DNA of 64,000 nucleotides from an uncultured Gammaproteobacteria bacterium (GTDB lineage Bacteria; Patescibacteriota; Patescibacteriia; Magasanikbacterales; GWA2-37-8): NCBI GenBank assembly GCA_964465205.1, contig CAYXJO010000001.1, positions 5,099 to 69,098 of the forward strand, read 5' to 3'. Shown piece by piece: positions 47,728 to 57,444 of this stretch (position 1 is its first letter; each line of letters starts with the position of its first letter). The notes under the pieces were generated by a model. It saw only the letters and a program-made list of their open reading frames with translations, ran no database searches and was not told where the DNA came from. The position numbers and the translations under genes were made by a program.

Positions 47728-49695
47728 TTAGTTGGCGAGGCGAATCTCCTCTTCGAGCGCTTTGGCCTCGTCGACCCAGATGGTGCCGGCGTTGTCTGAC
47801 GGCATGCGCCAGTCGCCGCGTTGTCCTAGGGCCACCGAGCCGACTTTTACACCATCCGGCCCGGCGTCGCGCTTGAACTGGTTCTTGAAGAATCGGTCAA
47901 AGAAGCGCGTTAGCCATTTGGCGATGGTGGTCGGTTTGTACTTATCGCGGAAGGCGAGTTGCGCCAGGAGAAAGATCTTTTCCGGAGAGGCGCCCCACCG
48001 CAGGAAGTGATAGAGGGTAAAATCATGGAGCTCGTACGGCCCCACGAGATCCTCGGTGAGTTGTTCGCCGCGAGTGAGCTCGGGGCTGATGGGTGTGTCA
48101 AGGATGTCATACAGAACGGCTTTGGTTGCCTCGCCGAATTCGCCGGTGTCGGCCAGATGCCGCACCAGGAATTTGACGAGCGTTTTGGGCACGCCCATGT
48201 TCACGCCGTACATGCCGGTCTGATCGCCGGCATACGTGCACCACCCCAAAGCGATCTCCGAGAGATCGCCGGTGTTGATCATGAAGCCATGCTTCATGAT
48301 TTTCACCGTGCGCATGCGAGCCTGGACATTCTCGCACTTCAGACAGTTTCCACACGGTTCGTGGCCAGACTGCCGGAGCTCGATCTCGGCTTGTTCGGTG
48401 ATAGGTTCTTCGAGCAACTTCACACCCAGTGCTTCGCACAACTTGTGTGCGTTGCCGCGCGTCCTTTCGCCGGTGCCGAAGCCCGGCATGGTGACGGCGA
48501 TGATACCATCGAGGGGCCATCCGAGCAGACGGAATGCACGTACGGTGATGAGTAGAGCGAGTGTGCTATCGAGCCCGCCCGACACACCGATTGATACCTG
48601 GCGATTAATTCCGTCGCCGAGACCAGACAGTCGCCGCGCGAGAGCCGTCGATTGAATGGCGACGATCTCGCGGCAGCGTTTGTCGAGCGTAGTCGGGTCG
48701 CTGGGCACGAATGGCGCCGGGTTGACGCTCCGGAAGATATTGTCCTCCATGAGCGATACTTTTGGTGAAGAATGCGTTTCGCATTCTACCACTCGATATG
48801 CCCGTCGGTTGTTCGTGGCGTTCTGTGCCCACGAGTTCGAACGACGTCGGTCGAAAGCGATATTCGAAAGGTCCACGTCGGCGACAACCAGCTTGTTCTC
48901 CGTGCTGAAGCGCTCGCTGTCGGCGATGACGTATCCGTTTTCGCAGACAAACACATCGCCACCATAGAGCACGTCTTTCGACGACTCGCCCCAGCCGGCG
49001 CTGCAATACATATAGACGCCCATCTGGTCGGCGGAGCGGGCGGTGATCATAGAGCGGCGATAATCTGCTTTGCCAACCAGCTCATCGCTTGCCGAAAGGT
49101 TGGCGATGATGGTGGCGCCACCCAGCGCATGGTGCGCGCTCGGTGGAATCGGCATCCAGCCGTCTTCGCAGATTTCGATGCCTATTCGCGCATTGGGGAT
49201 GTTTTCGACGTCGATCAGGATGTCGGTGCCGATCGGCACCATCTGCCCCAAAAGTCTGATTTCTTTGGCCGGCAACTGATCCGCCGAAGAGAACCAACGT
49301 CGCTCATAGAATTCCGCGTAGTTGGGCAAATGGCTTTTTGGCACCACGGCAAGAATGCTTCCTTTGTTTAATGCCACCGCCACGTTGAACAACATACCGT
49401 TAACCGCGAGCGGCATGCCCACGATAACGACCACCGGAATATTGTGAGTGGCCATTCTCACCATTTCAAGGGCGCTAAGCGCCTTTTTGAGTAATGTGTC
49501 GTGCAGGAACAGATCCTCGTGGGTATACCCGACGAGTGAAAGCTCCGGCGTGACCAGTAGTTGCACGTTTTGTTCGTGCGCTTGGCGCATGAGTTTGGTT
49601 ACTTCGTCCGCGTTGGCGGACGGATTGCCCATATGCACCACTGGTACACCACAGGCAACGCGAAATAATCCTGAGATCCTTTTTTTAGTATCCAT
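47728..49695 (-). CDS. nadE: Glutamine-dependent NAD+ synthetase (N-terminal CN-hydrolase domain + C-terminal NAD synthase domain)
   Basis: Nitrilase-type catalytic Cys context IGIEICEDGW. PP-loop SIGVSGGLDSTL. 655 aa, typical of the long NadE form. Confidence 0.85.
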   Translation of the reverse strand: MDTKKRISGLFRVACGVPVVHMGNPSANADEVTKLMRQAHEQNVQLLVTPELSLVGYTHEDLFLHDTLLKKALSALEMVRMATHNIPVVVIVGMPLAVNGMLFNVAVALNKGSILAVVPKSHLPNYAEFYERRWFSSADQLPAKEIRLLGQMVPIGTDILIDVENIPNARIGIEICEDGWMPIPPSAHHALGGATIIANLSASDELVGKADYRRSMITARSADQMGVYMYCSAGWGESSKDVLYGGDVFVCENGYVIADSERFSTENKLVVADVDLSNIAFDRRRSNSWAQNATNNRRAYRVVECETHSSPKVSLMEDNIFRSVNPAPFVPSDPTTLDKRCREIVAIQSTALARRLSGLGDGINRQVSIGVSGGLDSTLALLITVRAFRLLGWPLDGIIAVTMPGFGTGERTRGNAHKLCEALGVKLLEEPITEQAEIELRQSGHEPCGNCLKCENVQARMRTVKIMKHGFMINTGDLSEIALGWCTYAGDQTGMYGVNMGVPKTLVKFLVRHLADTGEFGEATKAVLYDILDTPISPELTRGEQLTEDLVGPYELHDFTLYHFLRWGASPEKIFLLAQLAFRDKYKPTTIAKWLTRFFDRFFKNQFKRDAGPDGVKVGSVALGQRGDWRMPSDNAGTIWVDEAKALEEEIRLAN

Positions 49696-49742
49696 GCCAA
49701 TCTCCTTCAGTCAGTCAAAGCGCTTGCGCGCGTAGGTGGTTA

Positions 49743-50654
49743 TTATTCGTTTCCATTTCCGCCGAGCAGGATCGCGCCCGGGTACTGCCACGCGTACGTG
49801 GTCAGTCCGGACGAATAGAATATCAACGTCCGAATTTCTTCAGCCGCCGTCGGCACAGTGAGGCAGTTCGTCACGCAAACGTTCTGCCCGCCGATGTCGA
49901 GTACGGTGGCGCCATGCGCCAAATACATAACCGGCGTACCGGCCGCCATCAGCGCGTTGGTGATCGTGTCGCTTTGTGCCTTGGTGAGCCCGTGTTCCAT
50001 CACGTACCGCGACGCGGAGTCGCTGGCGGTTTCGCCATCCGGTTTGTTGATCGGACGAACCGTCAGTTGCTCCACGCGATGTTTGCGGCACCAGTTCACG
50101 ACGTTCATGACTTTCTCCGGAGTATCGATGTACCCTTGGAGCATCATGACGCACAGCCGGACAGTGAAGCCCAGTTTGTGCAGGTAGGCGATCGTGGTAG
50201 CCAGGTCGGGGTAATCCTTGCGGTAGACCTGGCTATTGTAAGCGTTTTCGTAGTGGACCGTGGACAATGCGATGGTGTTGAGTCCCATGGTGTGCCAGCG
50301 CTTGAGCATGGCTTCGGAAAGTCGGCCTTTGCGCTGTTTCTTGTCGCCGCTAGCCAGCCGGCCGATTTCGAGCCCGTTGGTTTGGAGCTCGACGAACGGA
50401 AAACTGTAGGGCTTGAGCAGGCGTAGGTATTGGGTGATTTCACTCGGATACAACAGCGGTTCGCCTTTGCCCGTGATCAACACCGTGGTGGTGCCGCCGA
50501 TTTGGGCGAGCCGGGCCGCCTTGTGAAAGTTGGTTTCGTTGATTTTGCATGGTTTGCATACCTCGCCAAATCCCGTCATCTGCGAAATGCAGAACGGGCA
50601 GCGAGCGTTGCAAGCCTTGCCGCCGGCGACGATCGAGAATGTGGTGACCTTCAT
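49743..50654 (-). CDS. Radical SAM domain protein (function unknown)
   Basis: CNARCPFC (CxxxCxxC) near the N-terminus, and the GKGEPLL SAM-binding motif. Start MKVTTF is preceded by RBS AAAGGAAG. Confidence 0.7.
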   Translation of the reverse strand: MKVTTFSIVAGGKACNARCPFCISQMTGFGEVCKPCKINETNFHKAARLAQIGGTTTVLITGKGEPLLYPSEITQYLRLLKPYSFPFVELQTNGLEIGRLASGDKKQRKGRLSEAMLKRWHTMGLNTIALSTVHYENAYNSQVYRKDYPDLATTIAYLHKLGFTVRLCVMMLQGYIDTPEKVMNVVNWCRKHRVEQLTVRPINKPDGETASDSASRYVMEHGLTKAQSDTITNALMAAGTPVMYLAHGATVLDIGGQNVCVTNCLTVPTAAEEIRTLIFYSSGLTTYAWQYPGAILLGGNGNE

Positions 50655-50821
50655 GTTCTTCCTTTCGTGGTTCGAGCGTTTAGTTTTCTGTTTCAATTGT
50701 CAATTTGCTAACCCACAAACAAGTTGTGGGTTTTCTTTTAACCACAATTTTTATTTGAAAATTTTTATGGGCAAAAGAAATGTGCGGGGGCACGAGCGCC
50801 CCCGCGTTAGAGGAAAAGAGG

Positions 50822-52441
50822 TTACCGGATCGTCTCAATCGGCGCTTCATCGGACCAGAGCTGGTGAATCGTCTGGTACAGAGACTCCGACACGGCCACC
50901 TTGTACGGCGTGGGGTTCACGCGGCGCAAGTGATCGGGTCGCATCATCGCGAGGCCTGCCTTTACGCGATCACGCGATTGGTGCAGCGACGGCAGCTTTA
51001 TTTTCAATTTGCCGTCCACGATCCAGTCCACATGGAACGGCACCACTCCGGCCGGAATCACGCGGACGCGCTGTGCTTCGTTGAACGGGTGCCGGCATAA
51101 TATAGGCTGGCCAACCTGTGGCGCCGGTTCATCCGCCATCATAATGATGTCGGTGATCGGCTGACGCTCGGCGTTGTACAGACGGTAGACCAGTTTTCTA
51201 TCCGGAATGGTCATCTTGCCCGGGTCCTGCGAAAGCTTGATGCATGGCCGGCCGTTGATCTCGACCAGCTTGTACACGCCTCCGAGTGCAGGTTGGGATT
51301 GGCAGGTGACCGCATGCGTGCCGATACCCAGAGTGTTGATTTCATGTCCCTGAGCGATGATGGCTGCCAGTGTTTCTTCGTTGATGTCATTGCTGGCGAC
51401 GATGTTCATCGCTTTGGCGAATTCGAGCATGGCGTCTTGGGTGCGTCCCACGGTCGCCAGCACCTTTTCGTTCGTGAAACAGTTGACAAACATCTTCCTG
51501 GCCTCTTTGGATAAGTAGGCCAGATCGCCAGAATCAAGGCGTCCGCCGATCGGTTTGTGGCCGGTCTCGATAAGCGCCAACGCCACGCAAATGGCATTGG
51601 GAACGCCAGATTTGAGCGTGTCGTAGGTGTCGAGCAGGGCCAGGAAACCGTCCGGGAAGGCGTTGCCGTAAGCGATGAAAGCCGCCAGTTCGCCGTCGTT
51701 GGTGTCGGTAAATCCGAGCAGTTCGCGGTACTTGAGGGCCAGTCGACCAAGCAGAGTTTTTGCCTGCTCGGCCAGGTCTTCGTGTGAGAACGACGACACG
51801 AACGCGTGTGCGTGCGTGCCGCGTACCGGAATGCCGAACAGTTTGCCGGCCAGCGGAATGCTGGTGGCGTCGAATCCTCCGAGGTAGGTGTAGCGCGCCG
51901 CGCTGATGCCACCATCCGGACCCTGGGCGCGTCGCAGGCCAAACTCGAGCAGACCGATTTTGGGTCCAGCGAGCAGACGAAAGCGCGCGGCCTGGGTGGT
52001 AACGAGGGTGGGGTAGTTGGTGAGGTTTAGAATAGCTGTTTCCAGTATTTGGACCACACCCAGCGGCCCGGCGATCGTGTAGAGTGGTTCGCGCGGGAAC
52101 ACCACGGAGCCTTCGAGCGGTGCACTCAAGGTAACGCCGCTCGCGTCAAGACTGCCCAACCACTTCCAGAACTCCGGTTCACAGCCAGGCATGTCTGCCT
52201 TCAGAAACTTGATGTCCTCGGCGGTGAAACCGAAGTTGGTCACGAATCGCACCACTTCTTCCAGGCCGGCGAAAATAGCGAATTCGCCGCCGAACGGGGC
52301 CTTGCGGAAGAACATGTCGAACACGGCCCAGTCATTGTGTTTCCCAGCTTTCCAGTAAGCATACAACATGGTGAGCTGGTATTTGTCCGTGAGCATTGCA
52401 GTGACTAGGGGATTAGTCGGTTTCGGGGTTTTGATGTGCAT
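50822..52441 (-). CDS. pncB: Nicotinate phosphoribosyltransferase (long, eukaryote-like NAPRT form)
   Basis: N-terminal LTDKYQLTMLYAYW (NAPRT family LTDLYQxTM motif). Phosphoribosyl-binding region GTHAHAFV. 539 aa. Confidence 0.75.
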   Translation of the reverse strand: MHIKTPKPTNPLVTAMLTDKYQLTMLYAYWKAGKHNDWAVFDMFFRKAPFGGEFAIFAGLEEVVRFVTNFGFTAEDIKFLKADMPGCEPEFWKWLGSLDASGVTLSAPLEGSVVFPREPLYTIAGPLGVVQILETAILNLTNYPTLVTTQAARFRLLAGPKIGLLEFGLRRAQGPDGGISAARYTYLGGFDATSIPLAGKLFGIPVRGTHAHAFVSSFSHEDLAEQAKTLLGRLALKYRELLGFTDTNDGELAAFIAYGNAFPDGFLALLDTYDTLKSGVPNAICVALALIETGHKPIGGRLDSGDLAYLSKEARKMFVNCFTNEKVLATVGRTQDAMLEFAKAMNIVASNDINEETLAAIIAQGHEINTLGIGTHAVTCQSQPALGGVYKLVEINGRPCIKLSQDPGKMTIPDRKLVYRLYNAERQPITDIIMMADEPAPQVGQPILCRHPFNEAQRVRVIPAGVVPFHVDWIVDGKLKIKLPSLHQSRDRVKAGLAMMRPDHLRRVNPTPYKVAVSESLYQTIHQLWSDEAPIETIR

Positions 52442-52458
52442 GTTATGCTCCTTTCATT

Positions 52459-53073
52459 TTACAGTCCAAGTTCTTGCATGTTCGCCCCGAGCCACGTGGC
52501 CAGGGCGAAGGTTTTCATATCTTGATGCACGCCCTGAATGAACTCGTGCACGGTTCTATGAACACGGTTGATCCGTTCGCCTTCGGCGGCGTTGCCGAAG
52601 ACTCGCTCTTCGTCTTCGATCTGGTCGCGATCGATCACGACCACCGCAAGAATCTGTTTCTCGGTTATTATCCCGGGCGACAGATACAGCGGTTCGCCGT
52701 CGTTGATGAGTATTACCTGATCCGGCCTGATTTTGGCCCCGACTTCCTGACCAGCCTCTTGGGCGATCAGTTCGATAATGGTGAGTGCTGCGTCGAATCG
52801 GCCGGCAGTGACCTCGGTGATCAACCCTTGGGGGTTATCTTCCGGGTCGGTGGTGGCCGGGCGGTATTGGCGTACAAGCACCACTTGGCTCGGCTCGCCG
52901 AATGCGCCGCGTACTACGATCAGGAATGCGACGGAGTCGGTGGTCTGGAACACAACATGTTTGTTGGGCGCCTCCCACAGATGTCCGATCTTGAAACTGT
53001 GCAGCAGTTTCCAGCCGTTGTTAAAAAACCAGCGGCCGAACTGAGCAAATGTATTTCCATGGATGGACAACAT
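52459..53073 (-). CDS. Nudix-family hydrolase, ADP-ribose pyrophosphatase-like (degenerate Nudix box)
   Basis: LVRQYRP motif typical of the NudF ADPRase N-terminal region, with Glu-rich helix ELIAQEAGQEVG. The ORF-track upstream extension begins with TTG; the ATG at 53073 is used. Confidence 0.5.
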   Translation of the reverse strand: MLSIHGNTFAQFGRWFFNNGWKLLHSFKIGHLWEAPNKHVVFQTTDSVAFLIVVRGAFGEPSQVVLVRQYRPATTDPEDNPQGLITEVTAGRFDAALTIIELIAQEAGQEVGAKIRPDQVILINDGEPLYLSPGIITEKQILAVVVIDRDQIEDEERVFGNAAEGERINRVHRTVHEFIQGVHQDMKTFALATWLGANMQELGL

Positions 53074-53250
53074 AGCGTCCCCACTTTCTTTTCCTCTAAG
53101 TTTTGAATGTGCGACCAATACACAAGACCTTCTTGCGTATGGTCAGGATTTTGTCCTGAAAAAGTTTTGGAAATTTTCTAAAATATTTTCAAGAAAAAAT
53201 TGCCGGAGGCAGAAGGCGTGAGCCAACTGCCCCCGGGTGAGAGAACAGAA

Positions 53251-54642
53251 TTATTTCGGGAATTGTGCGGCGATCATCTTGGCGCCGATATCCAGTCGTG
53301 GGTCGAACAAGAGTTCGACAGCGGCCGTGCGGCTGCGACGTACTTTCATTGACACCACGTCTTCGATCACCAGGTTACCGTCGATGACCGCACGAATGGC
53401 GCGATGTTCGGCTTCAAGGTTGGTGACCATGATTTCAGCGTCGGTAGGCAGAATAGCGAAGCGCCAGTTCGGCCGGGCGACGTTATTGCCAACCATGATC
53501 AGCGCCTGGGAGTTGAGGGGCACCGGCGGCGCCCCCATCGATCGGGCGTAAGCAGCCGACCCTTGTGGTGCGGCTACTAGAATGCCATCAGCCTCCAGCT
53601 TTTTGATGCGCGTTTTGCCATTTACGGCGACGCGCATCCAAGCTGTGCTGGGGCTGGATCTCTCCCACCAGACATCGTTGAAGGCAATCTCGCGGTGGGT
53701 TTTTCCCTTCGCGTCCACCACCTCCACGTAGAGTAGAGGAAGGTGAAACACCGTGAGCGCTTGTTCCAACTCGATGTCGGGTTGATTGAGTAGGAAGCCG
53801 AGGTGGCCCTGGTTGATTCCGACGAACGGGATGCGCCGGTACCAATTGGAGCGAATGCTGTCGAGCAAACGTCCATCGCCGCCAATCGACACGATCAGGT
53901 CCGGCTTCTCGGAATCGAGTATATAACTCTCGTTAATCCGGGTCGCGGTTCGCATTGCTGCCGAGTTGTGGTGGTTGGTCAGGCAGTACGCCCGCACGAT
54001 TCTGTCCGGCGGGTTCCAGATCGCCTGATGAGGAATCACGCCGCCTTTGTACAACTGGTACCGTTTGATGTACTCGGCCACGCGCGGCGTGACCAAATGT
54101 TCAAACGGTTTGCCGTTGTAGATTCTTTCCCGGATTTCCGTACTGCTTCCTCCGGATTCAACTCCGGGGATGACGTGATTGTGCGGCGGCAGATCGATGT
54201 CGGTGTTGGGGCTTCCCGGTCGGTTGATCAGAATGAACCGGGAATTTTTCCATAGTTGGTGGCCGCTTTTCCAGGTTCGCTGGATTGTGCTCTCACCACG
54301 TTTGCCGCCGGTGGTCAAGTCCGAGCCGACCACATGCCAGACATCGTATCCGTCCGCTTTGTAGCGGCGTTCCAGATCGATGTTGGGGGTGAACATTGTG
54401 TTGCTCTCCAGGTCGGAGAGGTCCACGGTGATCTTAGGTAGATCTGCGAACGTCATGTCCACCATGGCAGCGCGGTGGACAGACGGTATGGTGTTTGTTG
54501 TGCTTTTGTCCGGCCGGATTCCACACGGCACGACGATTACCTCGTCGATACCGGGGAGCTCGGCCACGGCCTGTGCGATCGCGCGGTGATGCAACCCGGG
54601 AGGGTTGAAACTACCGCCGAAGATGGCAATGGTGCGTTTCAT
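53251..54642 (-). CDS. Fusion protein: NMN/NaMN adenylyltransferase (N-terminal) + NAD kinase (C-terminal)
   Basis: N-terminal IFGGSFNPPGLHH (GxFxPxHxxH). C-terminal half has the NAD-kinase motif GGDGRLL and the NE/D short motif NDVWWE. Confidence 0.75.
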   Translation of the reverse strand: MKRTIAIFGGSFNPPGLHHRAIAQAVAELPGIDEVIVVPCGIRPDKSTTNTIPSVHRAAMVDMTFADLPKITVDLSDLESNTMFTPNIDLERRYKADGYDVWHVVGSDLTTGGKRGESTIQRTWKSGHQLWKNSRFILINRPGSPNTDIDLPPHNHVIPGVESGGSSTEIRERIYNGKPFEHLVTPRVAEYIKRYQLYKGGVIPHQAIWNPPDRIVRAYCLTNHHNSAAMRTATRINESYILDSEKPDLIVSIGGDGRLLDSIRSNWYRRIPFVGINQGHLGFLLNQPDIELEQALTVFHLPLLYVEVVDAKGKTHREIAFNDVWWERSSPSTAWMRVAVNGKTRIKKLEADGILVAAPQGSAAYARSMGAPPVPLNSQALIMVGNNVARPNWRFAILPTDAEIMVTNLEAEHRAIRAVIDGNLVIEDVVSMKVRRSRTAAVELLFDPRLDIGAKMIAAQFPK

Positions 54643-54652
54643 TTTGCCTCCG

Positions 54653-55480
54653 TTAGGCGGCCTCGCTTTCGGCGAGTAACAAGTCTTCGAGGCTGACTAC
54701 CTTAATGCGATATTCGCCGTAACGCTCGTTGCGTTCGGCAATCATGCGCATCATCGCGGCGTCGCCCTCAGGCGAGACCGAAGTTGTCATGTCTTTGATG
54801 AAGACCACTTCGAATCCGTCATCGGCCGCGTCCAAGCCGCTCATGCCGACGCAGACGTCGAAGACGTAGCCGATCATGAACAGCCGTTTCACGCCGTGCG
54901 ATTTGAGCAACGGCGTAAAGCCGGTCGTGTAGCCGTCGTTGAACTTGAAAGCCGAGTTTGAATCATGGCGTGGGTTCATCCCTTTGGGGAATATCAGCTG
55001 GAATTTCGACAGGTCGAAGTCCGGATGCAGTTTGCTCTCTTCGGTATCGAAGAGGCCGTGGTCGGACCACAATGTCTGCTTTTGACCCGGGCAGCCTCTC
55101 AAGTACTCCACCAGATCGTCCATGGTGAACAGAGCGTGTGGTTTCAGGCTGTATTTTCCGTCTTTCACGTCCTTCAGAGTGATCTCTGTGAACGGTGCGA
55201 CCAGAAATTGATTTTTTCCTTCGAGGCGCCAGAAGCTGCTCGCTAGGGTGATGTGCCCTAGCGAATGCATGTCGCGGGTGCCGAAAATGGGAAAGCCCAG
55301 ATAAAAATTCCAGTTGTTAATCAGCCAAGCGATGTACGGTACGATCGCTTTGCCGCCCGGCACCGCCAGTCCACCGCCTTCCATGAAGGTCGGTTGGCCG
55401 TCGATGACCAAGAGGGCGTCGCCCTGGCGAAATTGTTTCGTGTGGATTTCTCGATCGTCGAGTTGCGTGAGGTTCAGCAT
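54653..55480 (-). CDS. pncA: Nicotinamidase (isochorismatase-family cysteine hydrolase)
   Basis: DALLVIDGQPTFMEGGGLAVPGG closely mirrors the PncA N-terminal motif (ALLLVDLQNDFCAGGALAVPEG). Catalytic Cys in GYVFDVCVGMS. Confidence 0.8.
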   Translation of the reverse strand: MLNLTQLDDREIHTKQFRQGDALLVIDGQPTFMEGGGLAVPGGKAIVPYIAWLINNWNFYLGFPIFGTRDMHSLGHITLASSFWRLEGKNQFLVAPFTEITLKDVKDGKYSLKPHALFTMDDLVEYLRGCPGQKQTLWSDHGLFDTEESKLHPDFDLSKFQLIFPKGMNPRHDSNSAFKFNDGYTTGFTPLLKSHGVKRLFMIGYVFDVCVGMSGLDAADDGFEVVFIKDMTTSVSPEGDAAMMRMIAERNERYGEYRIKVVSLEDLLLAESEAA

Positions 55481-55506
55481 GTTTTATTCCTTTCTTCTCG
55501 TTTCTG

Positions 55507-56199
55507 TTAGAGTTCCACGGGCAGCACGATGTGCGGCCCAACATTGGACAAACGCATGTTTGGCATGATGTATTCTTTCATGCCGCGCATGCCGCGATCG
55601 CTGTAGGTGTAGCCGTCGCCGGCGTACAATTCTTTAAGCGAAACCGTGTGGTACAGAAACCGCCGCAGATCGCAGGCGGTCTGCAGGCTTTCGGCGAATC
55701 GGCTGGGCGTCATGTAGCGCGGATCTTCCAATCCGTTTTTGTCTACTTCGGCCCAGTTGAAATTCGTTTCCTCCAGCCATACGCCGAAGGGAAGCATTCT
55801 GAGCTCGCGTAAGTTTTGCGCAAAGGCTTTCCGGGTAACCGGATGTACCTCGCCAACTATGCGCGCCACATTGTCCCAGGTGGCGAGCGGAATGTTGTCG
55901 TGTTCCGGGAACACGATCAACCGGAACTCGTGTCCGGTGGTGATCAGATGACGAACGTAATTCGGATCATATCCGATTATTTCGAACATCTGCATGCCAG
56001 GAGCGCTTGCGATCTTGCTCAGACCGTCCGCGCCCATGATCATCACCACTCGGCGTTGGGGGTTGTCGGACAGAAGATCGAAATCTTGTTCCGTTCGTCC
56101 GCGCAAGATTCGGCCACGGAGTCCGTGTACCGAAACTTTACGTTTTCGTCGAAATGCATCGGCGTACTCCTCAAGTGATGTCACTGGAAATTCCGTCAT
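55507..56199 (-). CDS. Uncharacterised conserved domain protein ('X domain'), standalone copy
   Basis: About 45% identical to residues 1-250 of the 57445-59217 protein (shared blocks RGRILRG, VMIMGADGL, GYDPNY, FPE, LATWDNVA, LRRFLYHTV, GDGYTY). No known motif recognised. Confidence 0.55.
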   Translation of the reverse strand: MTEFPVTSLEEYADAFRRKRKVSVHGLRGRILRGRTEQDFDLLSDNPQRRVVMIMGADGLSKIASAPGMQMFEIIGYDPNYVRHLITTGHEFRLIVFPEHDNIPLATWDNVARIVGEVHPVTRKAFAQNLRELRMLPFGVWLEETNFNWAEVDKNGLEDPRYMTPSRFAESLQTACDLRRFLYHTVSLKELYAGDGYTYSDRGMRGMKEYIMPNMRLSNVGPHIVLPVEL

Positions 56200-56522
56200 G
56201 GTTTTACTCGCTTTCGTTTTGGTCGGTATTTTTTCTGTTCTCGATTGTAATGTGCACTGCTTCTTTCGAAGCATAAAAATTGAACCAATTTTTTAGTTCG
56301 GATTTTATGCCTGGAAATGTGGTCAAACAGCTGTTATATCAGCCAAAAAATTGACCGGTTACTATAGCACAAATTGGATATTTTGTCAAGGGTACGATTG
56401 CGACTAGACTTTTGGCTAATTTTAGCCAAAATATTTTAAAAAATAGGGGGCTGCAGGAGAGACCTACAGCCCCCGGGGTTAAGGAGCGATTGGAAAGAGC
56501 AATGAAATGAGCTTGTCAAGGG

Positions 56523-57341
56523 CTAGCTGGCGAAGCCGCCGCCGGCCGTTTGCGAGAAGCTTTTGGCGCTCTGGCTGGCCCGGACCGCGCTGCGCGAGAA
56601 GACTTGGAAGGCCTTGCGCATTTCGCTGGCGTTGTTGGCGGGCGTCAGAATCCACTTGTCGTCGATGCCCATTTCGGTGAACACCTGGCGGAAGTGAGTA
56701 GCATTGCCGCCCACGCCCATGGCCGCGATGATGTGGTTTTCGGCGGCGCGCATATCGGCGACGACTTTGGCCACGTCGGTCGCGCTCCGGTTGGACGAGT
56801 TGTCGGCGCCATCGGTCATGATGAGGGTGATGGTCCGTGTAGGCACGCCGTTGTCGGTGAACTCTTGCGTCTTGGCAATCACGGCGCCCAGAGCGACGAG
56901 CGTCTGATCGTAAAGCGGAGTGTGGCCGAGGTTGGCGCCGTAGTTGCTGTCATGCATCGGCGTGGTGTTGTCGATGAGGGTGTACGGATCGAGGATGAAG
57001 TCGGACAGGTAGCGCGTGTGCACCAGGATGCCGTCGGATTGTTTGGAATCCTTGAGCGCCTGGATGACCAGGTTGTTGTAGCAGTCGATGAGTGTGCGTT
57101 CGTTGCCGCCCATCGATCCGGTGTCGTCGATGAGTACGGTGAGCAGTACGACTTCGCTGGCGGTGACGTTGTCCACCGGCGTGCCGAGACCGGCTTTGAT
57201 TTTCGCGCCGATGTCTTTCACCGTGAGAGTCTGAGCGGCCGCGGCCGAGAGGTTGCCTTCGGTGCGCGCGGTGGAAAAAAGTTGATTCACATTGGCGCTC
57301 GTGGCGCCGCCCAAGGAGTTGCCGGATTTGGAGTTCGACAT
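56523..57341 (-). CDS. von Willebrand factor type A (vWA) domain protein, TerY-like
   Basis: MIDAS motif LIDDTGSMGG, plus TLIMTDGADN. Start MSNSKSG is preceded by RBS AAAGGA. Confidence 0.75.
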   Translation of the reverse strand: MSNSKSGNSLGGATSANVNQLFSTARTEGNLSAAAAQTLTVKDIGAKIKAGLGTPVDNVTASEVVLLTVLIDDTGSMGGNERTLIDCYNNLVIQALKDSKQSDGILVHTRYLSDFILDPYTLIDNTTPMHDSNYGANLGHTPLYDQTLVALGAVIAKTQEFTDNGVPTRTITLIMTDGADNSSNRSATDVAKVVADMRAAENHIIAAMGVGGNATHFRQVFTEMGIDDKWILTPANNASEMRKAFQVFSRSAVRASQSAKSFSQTAGGGFAS

Positions 57342-57444
57342 GGCCGTATCCTTTCGTCGGAAAAGTGTAAGGTGGTTGGCGCCCACCAATGTAGATAGGC
57401 GCCAACCGGAAAGTACTGTTTGAGTGACTGTGAATCGCGCTGGG

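Noticed and set aside
47959-49371. Several 100-200-aa ORFs antisense to or in alternative frames of nadE, and similar ORFs over the NAPRT, NMNAT-NADK and kinase genes
   Set aside because: Same GC-rich open-frame artefact. Each is nested inside a motif-supported gene.
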